DNA of 64,000 bases from contig RSEE01000087.1 in assembly GCA_003971905.1 (NCBI GenBank), forward strand, positions 62,001-126,000, in the 5' to 3' direction. The notes under the pieces are model-generated. The model was not told the origin of the DNA. It worked only from the letters and a program-made list of their open reading frames with translations, and did not search any database. Below are positions 14,301-27,067 of the stretch, one piece after another. The stretch is from Moniliella sp. 'wahieum'. Lineage: Eukaryota. Position 1 is the stretch's first letter. The number at the start of each line of letters is the position of its first letter. A program made the translations under genes and the position numbers.

Positions 14301-14705
14301 CTGGAGCGGGGGGTCGGCACGCGTGTTTGTCGCGCGCTGTTGCAGCGGTACGCTTACACTATGGCCTCGACCCCCGTTGAGTTTGAGCAGCTCGGCGCAG
14401 GAGGAGAGAAACATACGCGTACCATGTTGCAAGAGGTGCTGGCGCATACCCAGACGGACCGCGGACCGTTGGCTGCCCCCCCGCCTGGCGCTCAAGCCCA
14501 TCCACAAGCACAAGCTCAAGCTCAAGCACAAGACGATCCCGAGGCAGAGGACGACGAGGCTGAGGACCACGAATCGGTGGCGTTGTTGGCGGTCAACGAC
14601 GATATTGTGGACCACGCTTCGTCGCATAAGATTGTAGAGGTGTTTACAACCTGGTTGGAGAATACCTTCCCGTCGGCGCGGTGGAAGACGCCGTTTGAAT
14701 CATGA
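11348..14705 (+). CDS. Stealth-family sugar-1-phosphotransferase (Cryptococcus Xpt1 / GNPTAB-like), type II membrane protein, paralog 1
   Basis: N-terminal TM LALLVLLTALPALYIL; CR1 PIDIVFTWVNGSDP; CR2 RFFEMDELRYAIR...FNSMAVE...FSNDDFF; CR3 QHVHRS...RFRG; CR4 LAVNDD. Frameshifts near 11380, 13372, 13500-13620 and 14335. Start ATG inferred. Confidence 0.9.
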
Positions 14706-15215
14706 AGCATGAAGCATGAAGAACGAAGCATGGTGGTCGATGGTTGATCGGAGACGGCTGTGACGAGGGGAACCGCGAGAGTGGGGGGAGGGTGGCGTGG
14801 ACTGGAGATGGGACAGAATCACATGGAGCGGGATGGGATGGAGCGGGATGGGAAAGGGCGCGGCACGTGCAATGAATGATACCGCAATGGACGACGCAGA
14901 AGGCGTGGACGGTGTGTAGATCAGCCAGGATGAGCCGCAGCCGCTCGACATGAATGTGCGCAGCAGCGCAAAGACAATGGGCCAGGCGTGCGTCACATCA
15001 CATGTCACGAGGCACGTGGGGTGCTGGGCCATTCTAGTGTCACGTGGTGTGCTGTGCATGTGATGGGCACGGGCGCATGTGTGATGTGATGTGGGTGCGC
15101 CGCCGATCCAAGCGACAGCGCCTCGCCGAGGCAGGCGCCGGCGATTGAACGCAACGCAACGCAGCCACCTCCACCACCGCCACCACCACTCTCTGTGCTG
15201 CCCACGCCGTCCCCG

Positions 15216-18200
15216 ATGCCTGCCAGCTCAGCGGCGCCGTCCAGCGCGTGGCGGCGCTTCGAGTGGTACGATGCCGCGCCGGTGCTTGCGCCCCAGTCGG
15301 CGCTGCTGCCCTCAGCCTCGGCCGCAGCGTCGGTGCAGAGCAAAGACGTGCTCTGCGTTGTGCCCCTCGCCCTCCGGCCCTCGCTCACCGCCGTTGTCCA
15401 TCCGCCCACTGCCGCCAGCGCATGCGCCACCGCCCTCGCTGCCCAGCAGGCTGGCCTCTCCCCCAGCGACAGTTTTGACCCAAGCTCCGCCCCTCGCTGC
15501 TGCCGCCGCATCCTGGCCGGCGCGCGCGGCGCTGGGTGCGCGCGGCCTACTCGCCGTCGCCTATGCCTCGGGGCGCATCTCTCTGCTCGCACCAGGCTCG
15601 TACCAGCCGATCCTCACCTTCGATGCCTTTGGCGATGGCATTGGTGGTGGCCGCATCACCCACCTCTCCTCCGACGCATCCGGCCGCCTGTCGGGTTGGG
15701 CGAACAGGCTGGGGCGGTTCCCTTTGTTGCGGATCTGGGACCTGCGCCAGATCGTTGCCGAAGAACAGACGACCGAAACGACAGACGAGGAGCTCCCCCC
15801 TCTGCGGCCTGGAGATGCACGTGCGATCCCGCGTCACCATACCACCCAGGCTTACTTACGCCCGCGCCTGTTGGCCGAAGCGCGGGTCCAGCACGGCTCT
15901 CGTCCTACCCCCGTTGCGGCGCTGACGCACACGCCTGACCTTGCCTTCCTTGCGGTCGGACTGGCAGATGGGACGGTACTGCTGCTGCGCGGTCTGTCGG
16001 ATGCATTGGATGCAGTGGCCAGTGCCAAGCCTGCCAAATCTGCCAAACCTACCAAGCCAACCGGGAAGACGGACAAGAATGGGGTCGAGACGGAGATGTC
16101 GTTACCGATGGCGCAGTTGCCCAAGTTCAAAGTGATCATGCAGCAGCCATCGCGGTCGACCGACGCGCCGCTTGAGCCATTGACGGCGCTCGCACTGAGT
16201 GGGGTGCGGGACGCTGACGCGGACTCTGGGTCTACCCCCGCCCCAGCACCGAGCAAGGGTACGTGGCGCGGGACAAGAAGAAGTCGACGACGCCCGTGAG
16301 TGGGATGGTGGTGTACCTGTACATTGTGACACCGACCAAACTGATGCGCTACCTGGTGCAAGCGCCGGCCGGTGCGTCCTATGGCCGTCCTACGATTGTG
16401 GATGATGTAGGCACAGCGCTGGCTGCGCGGCTCTACTGCCCAGCACGTTGAATGCGCTTGCGCTCTTGCCCGCCAACGGGGATCCGTGGGGTCTCGTTCC
16501 GGCGCGCACGACGGGCTCGGAAGAACAGAGGAGCTCCAACGTGGCTGCCGAGACCGTGTTGCGCGATACGCGCGGGCGTGGCGGGCGCGCGTAGGCCTGC
16601 GGGCAAGCTGGTGTTGGTGCGCGACGAGGCGATCTACATTGCCGGTGGGGAAGGGCGGGAAGCATGCTATGCGCTGGAAGGCAGCAAGACAGCTGCGCTG
16701 CTTACCTGTGATCCGAATGTGCTCTACCGCATTACCGACTCGGCCCCGGCCGGCGCGGCGGCAGGAACACAGCACCTCGTCGTCTGGGGTCCTCCCAAGG
16801 GAGCCACCGGGAAAGAGACAGCGTTGCTGCATGTGTTTGACCTGGAAGCGCAGGCCATCGCGGTTACCCACCGTGTCCCCTCGGGCGTACGAGCAGTTTG
16901 GGTCGAGTCGGCCACCGACCGGCCGCGGGCCAAGTCAAGATCTGTATTCTGTCCAACGAGGGCAGCATGCTGCGCTTGACCCAGCGCTCGCTGCGTGCTC
17001 GGACAGATGCGTTGGTGCGGCTTGCGCTGGCTCCCTCGGTACCTGCCGCTGGGCCTGGCCGCCGAAGCACCAGGTCCGGGGGGCGAGTTTGCCACGGCGC
17101 TCAGCACGACGCGTACTTACCTCCTGACGTTGTGCAAGTGGGTGCGGGGCCGTGGGGGGAAGGCGACCGCGCCAGCCGGGTCACGGTGCACAACGATCGG
17201 GCGGCACATGCGACACTGGCACGTGCGTTGGAGGCGGCGGTGCCGTTGGTGGCGTCGCTGCATGCGCAGTACGCCGACTCGCTGTATGGCCGCGGCGAGT
17301 TTGATGCTGCTACGGCGCAGTGGTCCAAGGCTGTGGGGCGGTGCGGCCGAGCCATGTGATCCGAAAGGTACGTTACCGTCACGTCTGTCCTGTCCGCCAC
17401 GAGATCTGAGAGAGAAAGGGAGAGAGAGAACTAACTCGCTTGCTAGCTGCTCGACTCGCAACGGATCGGCAACTTGGCCACGTACCTGGCTGCGCTGCAT
17501 GCCCAAGGGCTCGCTACGCCCGAGCACACCGTTGCTGCTCAACTGCTATGCCAAGCTCAAGGACGTCGCCTCCCTCGACGCATTCATTCGCCAACCGGCA
17601 CGGGCGGCCGCGCGCGCGCCTGCGTGCTGCGAAGAAACGCCAACGCCCTCCTCAGCCCCAACGAATGGCGATGGACTCTTCTCGCCGCTGCCTGAGGTGG
17701 AGGAAGGCACGGAGGAGGAAGGCACGGAGCAGGATGCGAGGGAGCGAGCGGGCCACGCTGCCCTTTGACCTGGCCACGGCGATCCGGGTGTCGGCAAGGC
17801 GGGTTCTATGCGCAAGCGGGCTACCTTGCCGCGCGCTACGGCGATGCAGGCGAGTACATGCGCATCCAAGTCAACGATCTGGAAGACTGGGATGCGGCAC
17901 TGGTGTATGTCGTCGATCGTCGCCTACGCAGGCGGGGGAACTGCTACAGTCCCATGCTCGTGCTCTCCTCCTCCACCGTGCCATGCCAACCACAACGTTA
18001 CTGGTGGAACTGTGTGCGGGCCACTTTGTGCCCGGTGCTTCCGCTCGAGGCGCGCGCGCTCCCCGCTCCCGACGAGACAGCTGACGACCTCGACCTCTCC
18101 GTCCCGGCTTTGGCACCACCGCCTCCCACCGAATCACAAGCAAGGGTCTCATGTCCTACCTGCAGCTCACCTCCTACCTCCGTTCCCGCACGGCAGAGCC

Positions 18201-19615
18201 AGTGTCGAGCCAGCGCGCGCCACCACCTGAAGCGTCGGAGCAAGGGAGCGACAGCCCGAGTCCGAGGCCAAGCCAGAGCCAGGGCCAGACCAGGGCAGAG
18301 CCAGAGCCAGAGCCGGCGTCAGCGTCAGAGCCCGAGCCAAAACTACTGTCGTCCGTGCCGCCGCCGTACTCGCCGCCTTCGCCCCAAACCTTTTTGCCCA
18401 CTTTGCTGGGATGCAGGACGAGTTTGCCTTGTTCCTGGAAAGCGTTGCGCTGCTCCGCTGGGGCCAGCAGGTGGACATGGTTGCCGATCCTCCCGCCTCT
18501 GAGGCAGGAGCGTCGCTGGCGCCGCCCAGCTTGCTGGGGGAAGACGAGGAGGCGCAGCAGGCCGTGTGGAACACGTTGTTGGAACTGTACCTGTGCGATC
18601 CCGTGTCGGGGAAGGGCTGGGGTTGGTGCCCAAGGGCCGTCGGGCGCGCGCGTTACGGCTGCTGCAGCAATCGGCCACGTTGCCGTACGATGTCGCCCAA
18701 GCCCTGCTCCTCTGCACCACGGCCGACTTCACTCCCGGGCTGGTACTTCTGTACGGCCGACTGGGGCTGTACGACGACCTGATCCACCTCTTCTTCCGCC
18801 TTTCGCAGGGGGAGCAAGAGGAGGAGGCGCATGCCAGTTGATGCAGGCGTTGGACAAGTGGGGCAACAAGGCGCCTCACCTGTACCCTCTCGTTCTGCGT
18901 CACTTGGTCTCCTCTCCTACGCTCCTATCCAAGCGCTCGACCGATGTCGCACACATTCTCACCATTGTCGAAGCCGTTCGCTCCTCTCGCCCGCCGAGGT
19001 GGTCCAGTTGCTAGCTGGGTCCGACGAGGGTGGGCCGGGATCGGGTTGGTGCGTGCTTACCTCGTGCGCTCGCTTACGGCGGCCAAGATGCCGCTGCGGC
19101 GATACGGCGCTGTTGCGTTCCTACCTCGCCGAGACGCGGACCAAGGAACAAGCTGCTGTTTCCCTCACCTCGTCCGATTCGCCTGCCGTGCTACAAGCCA
19201 CCACCTGTTCCATGTGTGGCGCGCCATTGAGCTTGCCCTCGACCCACTTTTTGTGCAAGCACGCGTACCATTCCACCTGCCTCGCCTCGGCCTCGCCATC
19301 GGAGGGCGACGCGGAAGCAGGTACCGAATGCCCGCTTTGCGCCCAAGCTGCCACTGTCAAAGCCCAGATCCGCGGGCGAACGTCAAGGCGGCCAAGGCGC
19401 CTCAACTGTACGTCTAAGATCTTCCATTTCTTTGCTTCTCTTGTCGTGTGCTACAGGCACGACAAAGGACATTACATGGTGTACTGACATACTTGCGTCT
19501 CCTCCTTTTCGCGTGCAGGTTGTTGGACGAAGTAGCCCAAGCGGACGACGGACTGGCCGCGACCGCGCGCTTGTTTGGCATGGGCCTCTTGGGCCTCGAG
19601 TTGCCAACGGCGTAA
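15216..19615 (+). CDS. VPS11: Vacuolar protein sorting 11 (HOPS/CORVET core subunit, C-terminal RING)
   Basis: N-terminus WRRFEWYD; LAVGLADGTVLL; YADSLYGRGEFDAA; SHVIRK|LLDSQRI across intron 17368-17446; LLLNCYAKLKD; RING CSMCGAPLSLPSTHFLCKHAYHSTC..ECPLC; second intron 19408-19518 giving the terminal LLDEVAQADDGLAATARLFGMGLL..TA*. Many frameshifts. Confidence 0.88.
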
Positions 19616-19900
19616 ATTACGTTCCGTTGGCGCTCGTTGGATCAACTGCTATCTTCATTACACCATCCCTTGCAGGACAAAGAAAAGATTATAGATTGGT
19701 ATGTGCGTCGCAGCGTAGCGAGGCAGGGCAGGAACGGTAGGATGGGATGGACGGTATGGAGACAAACGACACCAACTCGTAGCATCCAGTGTTGCGATGC
19801 CTGTGCAGCACGTACGTAGCACAGTAGACAAGAGTCAGGACGCGGTCGTGCGTGGTGCGGGTCGAGCGCAGAGGCGAGGGTACAGGTCGTCCATTGGTCC

Positions 19901-22900
19901 TTAGCCGTGCCACTCGAACCGAATCTCCCCCTGACGAAGGAGAGGGTCTTCGTCCTCCTCGCTCGCCTCCTCCTCGTCGGAAACCAAGTCGCCATCATCG
20001 CCCTCGTCACCTTCATCGCCCTCGTCGTCCTCACACCATCTCCATCATCCTCTCCATCATCCTCGCCATCATGATTGTGATGGTCATCATGGCCCTCCTC
20101 GCCCTCCTCGTCCTCCGTGCCCCGGCCCTCCTCACTCTTGGGCGCAGAATCGTGGCCTGCGTAGTTAGAGGGGATCCCAAGGATGCTTGTGAATGATCTT
20201 TGGCATCTTGGCTTAGCATGCGACGGTGACCTCCCGGTTGCCGCAACACATCCTCCTCCAAATCCGACACGTCTTCTTTCCGGCTCGGCAGAAAGACGGC
20301 ACCAACGAGGGGGACGTGGCGCGTTCCTCAGCTGGGCGCGGGGCGGTGTAGGGAGATCCGGTCCTCCTGCCAAGGTGGGGTCCAGAGGGAAGGAGGGGTT
20401 GGAGATTCCAACGTGGCTGTGCCATCCACGTCCTGGGGCGTAGGCAACGACGACACTGGAATTGGCGATCCGGCCGAGCAAGCGAAACCGGCTCCGTCGT
20501 TCCTCGGTCCGTTGCGACGGAGAAACAGGGTCACTCTTATCGCTGCGGATGCTGCCTGTGGCCGACAGGGCAGGCGAAAGCGGTTGAAGCTCAGGCAGGT
20601 GAACATCGGTAACGGCGCACGCCAAAAGTTGAAGGTGCTGTACTGTCGATGGGCACGCGAATCTTTGGGACCGTTTGGACGACGGGGAACATCTGGTCCA
20701 CAAGATCCGTCATGTGAATGTACGAGGTCATGTACCCAGCCATCTCGAGGAGCTCCATCTTGACTTCTCCATTTGGGTCGATAGTGAAGATGCGGGACGA
20801 AGGGATATCGACGGAACGGTACGAGAGCATCCGTGATCCGGTTGCCAAAGCCAGCGTAGAACGGGGTTGGAGCCGAAGTATCCGTCGTTTTCCTTTGCGG
20901 GTGGGGGAGAGGGGGCTGGCGATGGGATCAAGGGAAGGGGAATAAGGCGAGGTAGGACGAGGGAAGGAGATCGGGAACGAGGTGTCCCTTCTCCAGGCGA
21001 AGCCGGCCCCGGCGGAAGGTCTTCTCTCTTGATCTTGGCTAGCACGGGCTTCGTTGCCAAACAAACGAGCAATGTCCCGTAGCGCGGCCATCTTGAACAC
21101 CTCTGGTTTGCGCAAGATCACCTCACGATGCAAGGAAGCAATCAGTCGATCCGGACTCATGATCACTGGCCCCTCGGGGAGCACATATCCCTCTTGCTTG
21201 ATCCCACGAAGGTAGTCTCGTGTAGTGTCGGCCTGGCCAATGGCACGGGAAGTGAGGTACATAATCCGTACCCGTTCGAAGCAATGTCGGTAAACAGCTT
21301 GGCCACGCCCTGGTGCGTCCAGTCTCGCCCAATGAGTGTAAACATGTGCCCCAAAGCATCTGACTTGGTAATCGTACCATCAATGTCAGACACAACAATG
21401 GGCTGTGAAGCGTCCCACAAAAAGATCTTGGCTCGCACCACCGCCACACCTGAGAAGGAAGAGGTGACGGAGAAGGTGATGGTGTTGAGACCCTTGCGCA
21501 AATTCATTGACTTGAGCTGGTCCGAGGTCAACCGCAGTGTCTTGAGATACACTTTGCTGCCTCCTCTTCCCCGCCCGACGCGTCGCTAGTGGCGGCCGAA
21601 TGATCATAACCTTCAAACAAGGGTTCGCTCTTAGCCCGCTCCAACCGGCGGTCCCTCTCGTCGTCGCTCGTCGCCGATTCGGACACTGGCACCGACGCTC
21701 CGGGCGCCCGGGACCACCAGCGCGACCAGCGACTGGGTTAGTGGTACCCTGGGGGGGTCGGTACCGCCCCGCAGGCGAGCGTCGGGACGCTCAACGCTCT
21801 GCAGGCTACGGCGGTAGAGCGAAAGGCAGCCAACAAGGCAGGTGGTCCTCCCATAAGAGGTATCGGTCATTGTACCGCACGACCAGTTGTTCGTCCGAAA
21901 CGATCGATGCGTCCTGGACAAACTCGTCGTAGCTGATCCGGTGTTGTTCAAAGGCGCTCTGGGCCGCCTGGGCTTCTTCGTCGGGCTTGGCGTTACTTGC
22001 CGCCTCATCCTCCGTCCGGGCAGATGCAGTCATTGCAGGGTCTGCCGTTGCGGGCTCTGCTTCTTCACGTTCTGGCTTTGCTCGCTCGCCGCTCTGCGGA
22101 GGCACGCCCTCGGCACCCGAAAGCGAGAGTTGGAAATCATGTACCCGATCTTGGTGTACGAGGCGGAGAGTGTATTCGTCATCCGGGGCATGGATCAACT
22201 CTGCATCATCGCCCTGATGACTGCGAAGGTGCTGTGCGCAGCGAATCAAATCCTGAACGAATTCACCGGCAAAGGACGAATCCATCCCCTCGTCCGTCGC
22301 ATCGTCTTCGCTGGAACTGTGTTCGCTTTCCGTTGCACTGGTGGGAGTGCGGCGGAGCCGACGCATACGTGCTGGCATGACGCGAGTTGGGCTTAAAATG
22401 CATCTCGTGCGCAAGCCGCCGGCCCTCCTCGGCGGCAATGTTCTCCCCATCGGCAGTAAGCTTATACCCATCCATGTCAAAGGTGTATGCTGTCCGTCTG
22501 TCAGTCAAACTGTCGCGCGAAACGAGGGCAGACATACCTTCGCCATGCTCACTCGTAATCCGATTGAAACGGTCACGCCGTTTCTTGTGCGAGGTAGCCT
22601 GGGCAAACTGGGCTAATTGTGCGTCGAGCGGGTCGGGAACGCCAATCTCCGCCTCCCCAGATCCAAATCGTCCAACGAGGGGGCACGCGAGTGGCGTGGC
22701 GTATCTTCATCTTCGTATGCCTCGGAGGGGGGCACAAAGTCATATCCTCAGATGCAACGGGAGGAAGCAGCGGGCTGCTGGCGGCCGAGAGAACGGGACT
22801 GGTCACCATCTCGGGCGGGATAGAAGTATCGGAGCGTCCGTCTCAAACACGAAAAATGCCTCGCCCTCATTGCCAACCTTCATAACGAAGGGAAGAGGCT

Positions 22901-23537
22901 CGGGGTGGTTGTTGAGGTGGAGTGTAACCTGGTTTGGGTTAGTGGGGCCAATCACAGAAGTGGGGTAGAGATACGCACCCTCCTCTCCGCGGGGCGGAGG
23001 ACGCTCATTTTTCCGAATCGGACATGGAAGGGAGTGGAAGAGAGTCGGTGACAAGCTTGGTCTTCTTCTTGGGATCGGGTTTCTTGCGCCGGGGCTTGTC
23101 CTTGTCCAGCTCGAGGGCAGGAGCGAGCGGGCTGACGGGCGCAGAGGGGGCGAGAGCATGAGGTCGGGCACTTCAAAGCGGGGGGAGAGGCGGGCCCGGG
23201 GGGGGCGGCGGGGGCGGGCCAGATCAGGCCGCGTGGCCAGCCAGGGGGCGGGCCCTGCTCTTCGTCGTCGTCGGCCGGGGCGTCAGGGGGGGCGTGTGGG
23301 GCGCCTTTGGGTGGAGTGACGGCGTGTCCGATGCGCTTTGTTCTTGGCCTCGTTCTCGTCGTGGCTCTTGACTTGATCCTCGTCCTCGTCCTCGTCCTCG
23401 TCCTCTGACTCAACCTCGATCTCAATCTGGCGCTCGACGACGATAATGTCGATGGCACCGCTGAGGGTGGCGGGGTTGATGTTCATGGCAGGGATGGTGT
23501 TGTAGACGCTGGACACGAGCCGTCCAACATACTGCAT
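19901..23537 (-). CDS. PAH1: Lipin / Mg2+-dependent phosphatidate phosphatase
   Basis: N-LIP MQYVGRLVSSVYNT..NPATLSGAIDIIVV..STPFHVRFGK..MKVGNEGEAFFVFET; C-LIP KTLRLTSDQLKSMNL..IVVSDIDGTITKSD (DxDxT), YLTSRAIGQA, FNFWRAPLP; acidic tail ending DPLLRQGEIRFEWHG*. Frameshifted. Confidence 0.95.
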
Positions 23538-23971
23538 CGTGTGCGTGGAGACGAGATGCGGTGGTGGTGGGGTCGGGGAGGGCGGGGCGGCGGGTTGCTT
23601 GCTGGAGGCGGAGGCGGCCCACCTAACGACCCCGCTTTCACACCCCGCCTACGTAATCCCACGCCCTCACCGATCGCCGCAGCCCATCATCGATCGCGGC
23701 TGGCCCAACGCGCACGTGGCCGACCGGCCCGATCGACCGGTATTACGCGCCGGTCATCATCATCATCCCATGTGGACCAAACCATTCCCCCCATCGCGTC
23801 ATCAGCGCCCACACAGTCCACGGGCCACGCGGCTGTATACATGCCGCTGTCTCCAGCTATCCACTGGTTGGCCACCATGGCCAGTATAGAGGAAATGAAA
23901 GCCAAAAAGCACATCAAACGGAAGCAAGCAAGGGAGAGATAATATGGGGACGAAGGGGGAGGGCGACTCAG

Positions 23972-24081
23972 GGGGCGACAGGAGATCGAACTCCCGCCCC
24001 TGCACCCGCCCGCACGCACCCGTGTCGACAGCATATCCAATAGGAGCAAAAGCAGCACACCCTCGCTTATAGCAATCGTCC
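23972..24081 (-). pseudogene. Degenerate tRNA-like sequence, possibly an intron-containing tRNA-Ala(TGC) relic
   Basis: Minus strand: GGACGAT...GTCGCCC acceptor-like stem (one mismatch); T-arm GGGAG-TTCGAT-CTCCT (6-nt loop); CTGC..TTTGC....GCAG anticodon-like arm. The D-arm is poor. Confidence 0.3.
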
Positions 24082-24201
24082 ACCCAACACAAATTAGCAC
24101 CTCTCATGTGGTCCCGTGGCACATATATATTCTAGCTGGCATACAGTTTTGGGTATGCAGCCCAGAGACCTCGCCTGATTGGAGCAGGATTACCGATCTG
24201 G

Positions 24202-25833
24202 CTAGAACGGCAGTACGCGGCTGAAGGAGGTATTTCCCGAAACCAACAAGACCACGGCGGCCAGCCACCAGCCGCGGTACAGACTGCCCACCCTTCCTCT
24301 CGGCGCATCGTGGCAAGGCAATTCCACAATCATGTGTAGGGCCGTGCAGAACGGAGCGCCACGGCCTTCTGAGCCAGAGGAGCCGCTAAAACGGTTCGGA
24401 CCCAGTGCCCAGGCGGGGCCGGGGGGACGTGTTCCGCCCCTGTGGTCAGGTCAAACTCCGACTCGCTCCCGCTGCTGTCCTCGTCCAAACAATTCAGGGG
24501 GATGGATGCATCTTCGGACTCGGAGGGAGCCCCTTCGCTTGCTAGCCGAACCATCGCCGTCTCCAAGGGGGAGGCAACAGCAATGACAAAGGCAACCACC
24601 AAGAAGTAAGTCACCTTCAGCAGCCCAAACAGCAGCATAGAATGCATAACCGTTGCCACTCTACTCCCTGTGGTTGGTGGTGTAGCATCGTATTCATGCC
24701 TCTGCTTTGTCGTCCGCTCATACACATCTTGTAGTTGAGTGTACATGCTCACATGGTCTTCCAAAACGCCTCGGCTCCAAGTTCGGATCAACATATGAGG
24801 TGGGTTCGAGGAACCCAAAGAACACTGCGTGCACCGTCCAGGCGGCCGTCGCACCCGGTAGAGTCCAGAGGAGGTAGGGTCGCTTCCGTTCTTGTTCAGT
24901 TAGGAGCAGTCGGATACTTTTTCGTGGCGTACGTAGATGCAAGGATGCGTGGAGAGGTATGCACTGTTTGGGGGAGACGTGTTAATTGTGTGATCGCCAT
25001 CGTAAGTGAGAGGGTTGATGAGGAAGAGACAAACCGTGTCAAGATGCCAGATACTGATGGGCAGCATGGCAAGGATGGCGAGGACGACGGAAAGCATGGC
25101 GAGGAACGGGATAGAATGGCCGCTTCGCCCAGGAACGTGCCATCGTGACATGTCCTGCATCATCTTTCCCTCCATCGCCATGGTCAAGGTAACCATCACT
25201 GAGCGGCGTGAACGTTCGGGGATTCCTTTCCAGATACGGCATACGGCCAAAAGAGTGTCGTTAATGCTAGTGCGTAGCAGTTTGGGTCTGTCGGCGAGAG
25301 CGATACCGTCCTCGAAATGGACAAACATCCGAGGAGGGGGGCTAGGATGGCATCCAACTGTGGCGGGGTGATGTGGGTGGTAAGATTGGTAAAGTTGCCT
25401 GGCAGGGTGAGAGTGGCTGTGATGCTTCGAACTGGGCTGTGTGCCGGTTGTGGAGTGGCATGACGAGCAGGTGCCACAGTAATGTGAGCAAGAGAATGCG
25501 GAGCGTCATCAGACGCGCCCCCCGCAAGATCCCGCGCACTCCCTCGGCGTTCCAGGTGCGGATGAGTACGCGCACGACGGAAGTCGGTACCGTTGACAAG
25601 CTCTGGGGAGAGGGCGATACAAGTGAGGCAGAGGAGGCAAGGTAACGGGGAGCCCAGTTAGCTCGTGCACGCGCGAGCGAGACGCGGAACGGGTGGTGCA
25701 GCCAGAGACCCAGGAACTGAGCGAAGAGGAGAATTGATGTCATGACAAAAGGGTGAATGAGCGCATCGGATCGTATATCATTGGGTTCAAGTCCGGAAGA
25801 TGGTGACGTATCGCTGTTGTTCGCACTGTTCAT
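24202..25833 (-). CDS. Mitochondrial-carrier-like (SLC25-derived) multi-pass membrane protein, degenerate repeats
   Basis: HPFRVSLARARANW, VLIRTWNAEGVRGILRG, ASPLETAMVRL (Px[DE]-type motif), PYT(G)LWNCLATMRREEGW..SLYRGWW; several hydrophobic helices; frameshifts. Confidence 0.6.
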
Positions 25834-26996
25834 ATGCCTTTTTGCTTTCGAAGATGAAGCGGTAATAGAGGAGTGCAGGCTATGCGGCGGAGCGTAGAGA
25901 AAATTGGGAGAGAGGGTTATATAGTTCAAAAGGATTCTGGCAAAAGCTACTATATATATGAAGTGTTGTGTCCTTTGTGCATAGTACTAATATATGAAGT
26001 GTGATATGGATGTGTCCTTTGTCCATAGACAGAGAGACAACCGCAATCTTTTGTTGTAGTAGCTACAGTAGCAGTGTGGTGTGCATGGCTGCTACTTGAC
26101 CAACCCAACCACATGCTCGTACTCGTTCTTTCCAACGCGCGGATATGGAGGGAATTCGAAGCTACAGACTTATTGTACCAGTAACACTGGTGCGGTGGGT
26201 TAAGACTGTCGATGATCTACGAGTCAGTTAGTCAGAGGCAAGAATATCGTAGTTACTAGTAGTTACTAGCAGATATAGTTACTAGTCTATAGTTACTAGC
26301 CAGATTAGTGATGTGTACAAAACCGACACGCGATCGAAATTGTTGCCCTGATCGAGATCTCAGAGATCTCAGGCTACTCAGTGGTTGCATCCTATTCGGC
26401 CCTTGAAGACAGCGGCATGGTCCGCCAATCTAATCAGAACCAACGTTGCAACCCCCACAACCCTTGAGGTGCGTGGGACGAATGCGAGACCGCAAACATG
26501 TTCAACACAGACCACATCATCTGCTCTGTCTTGCTCTTTTGCACTTGTACGCTTTCTGGCGTCCTCTTTGTAGTGTTGACATGATTCTAGGACCGCGGAC
26601 TCTGAGTCCCTAGTTACGTGCGTCGGCTGTTACATGTTACCTTCTTTCCGAGTTGGCACCTGTCTTCTGCACGACTCAGTCGCTGAAGCCCTCCTTTTTG
26701 TCCAAGACGTCGTTCAGCTCTTACGTGTCACATGTCACACCCCGTGGTAGTACTACTAACGAGGCCGTCAGGCAGTTGCCTGTTGACATGTGACACAGCT
26801 AGTACCATGAACACGACGTCAAGTAGTCCAGTTGCTACTGCGTGTCGTCGCGACGGAGCAGGGGCACTGTGGGCTGGGGATGTCGACGAACGCGCACGCG
26901 GAGAGGCAACAGCGAGGCAGAAAAGGCGTAGTAGTGGTGTGAAGAAAATGGATCACATTTTGTGTTAGACTGTGATCCTGCAGTTGCTCTTATCCC

Positions 26997-27067
26997 GGCT
27001 CGATAGCGTAGTGGTAACGCATCCCTGGCCCATAGGCGATGACATGGTTCGAATCCCATTCGAGTCT
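26997..27067 (+). tRNA. tRNA gene, isotype unresolved (nominal anticodon CCC in an atypical loop)
   Basis: Acceptor GGCTCGA/TCGAGTC, A-box TAGCGTAGTGG, D-stem GCGT/ACGC, B-box GGTTCGAATCC, U discriminator, downstream TTTT. Anticodon loop GGCCCAT lacks U33 and the T-stem is one G short. Confidence 0.75.
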
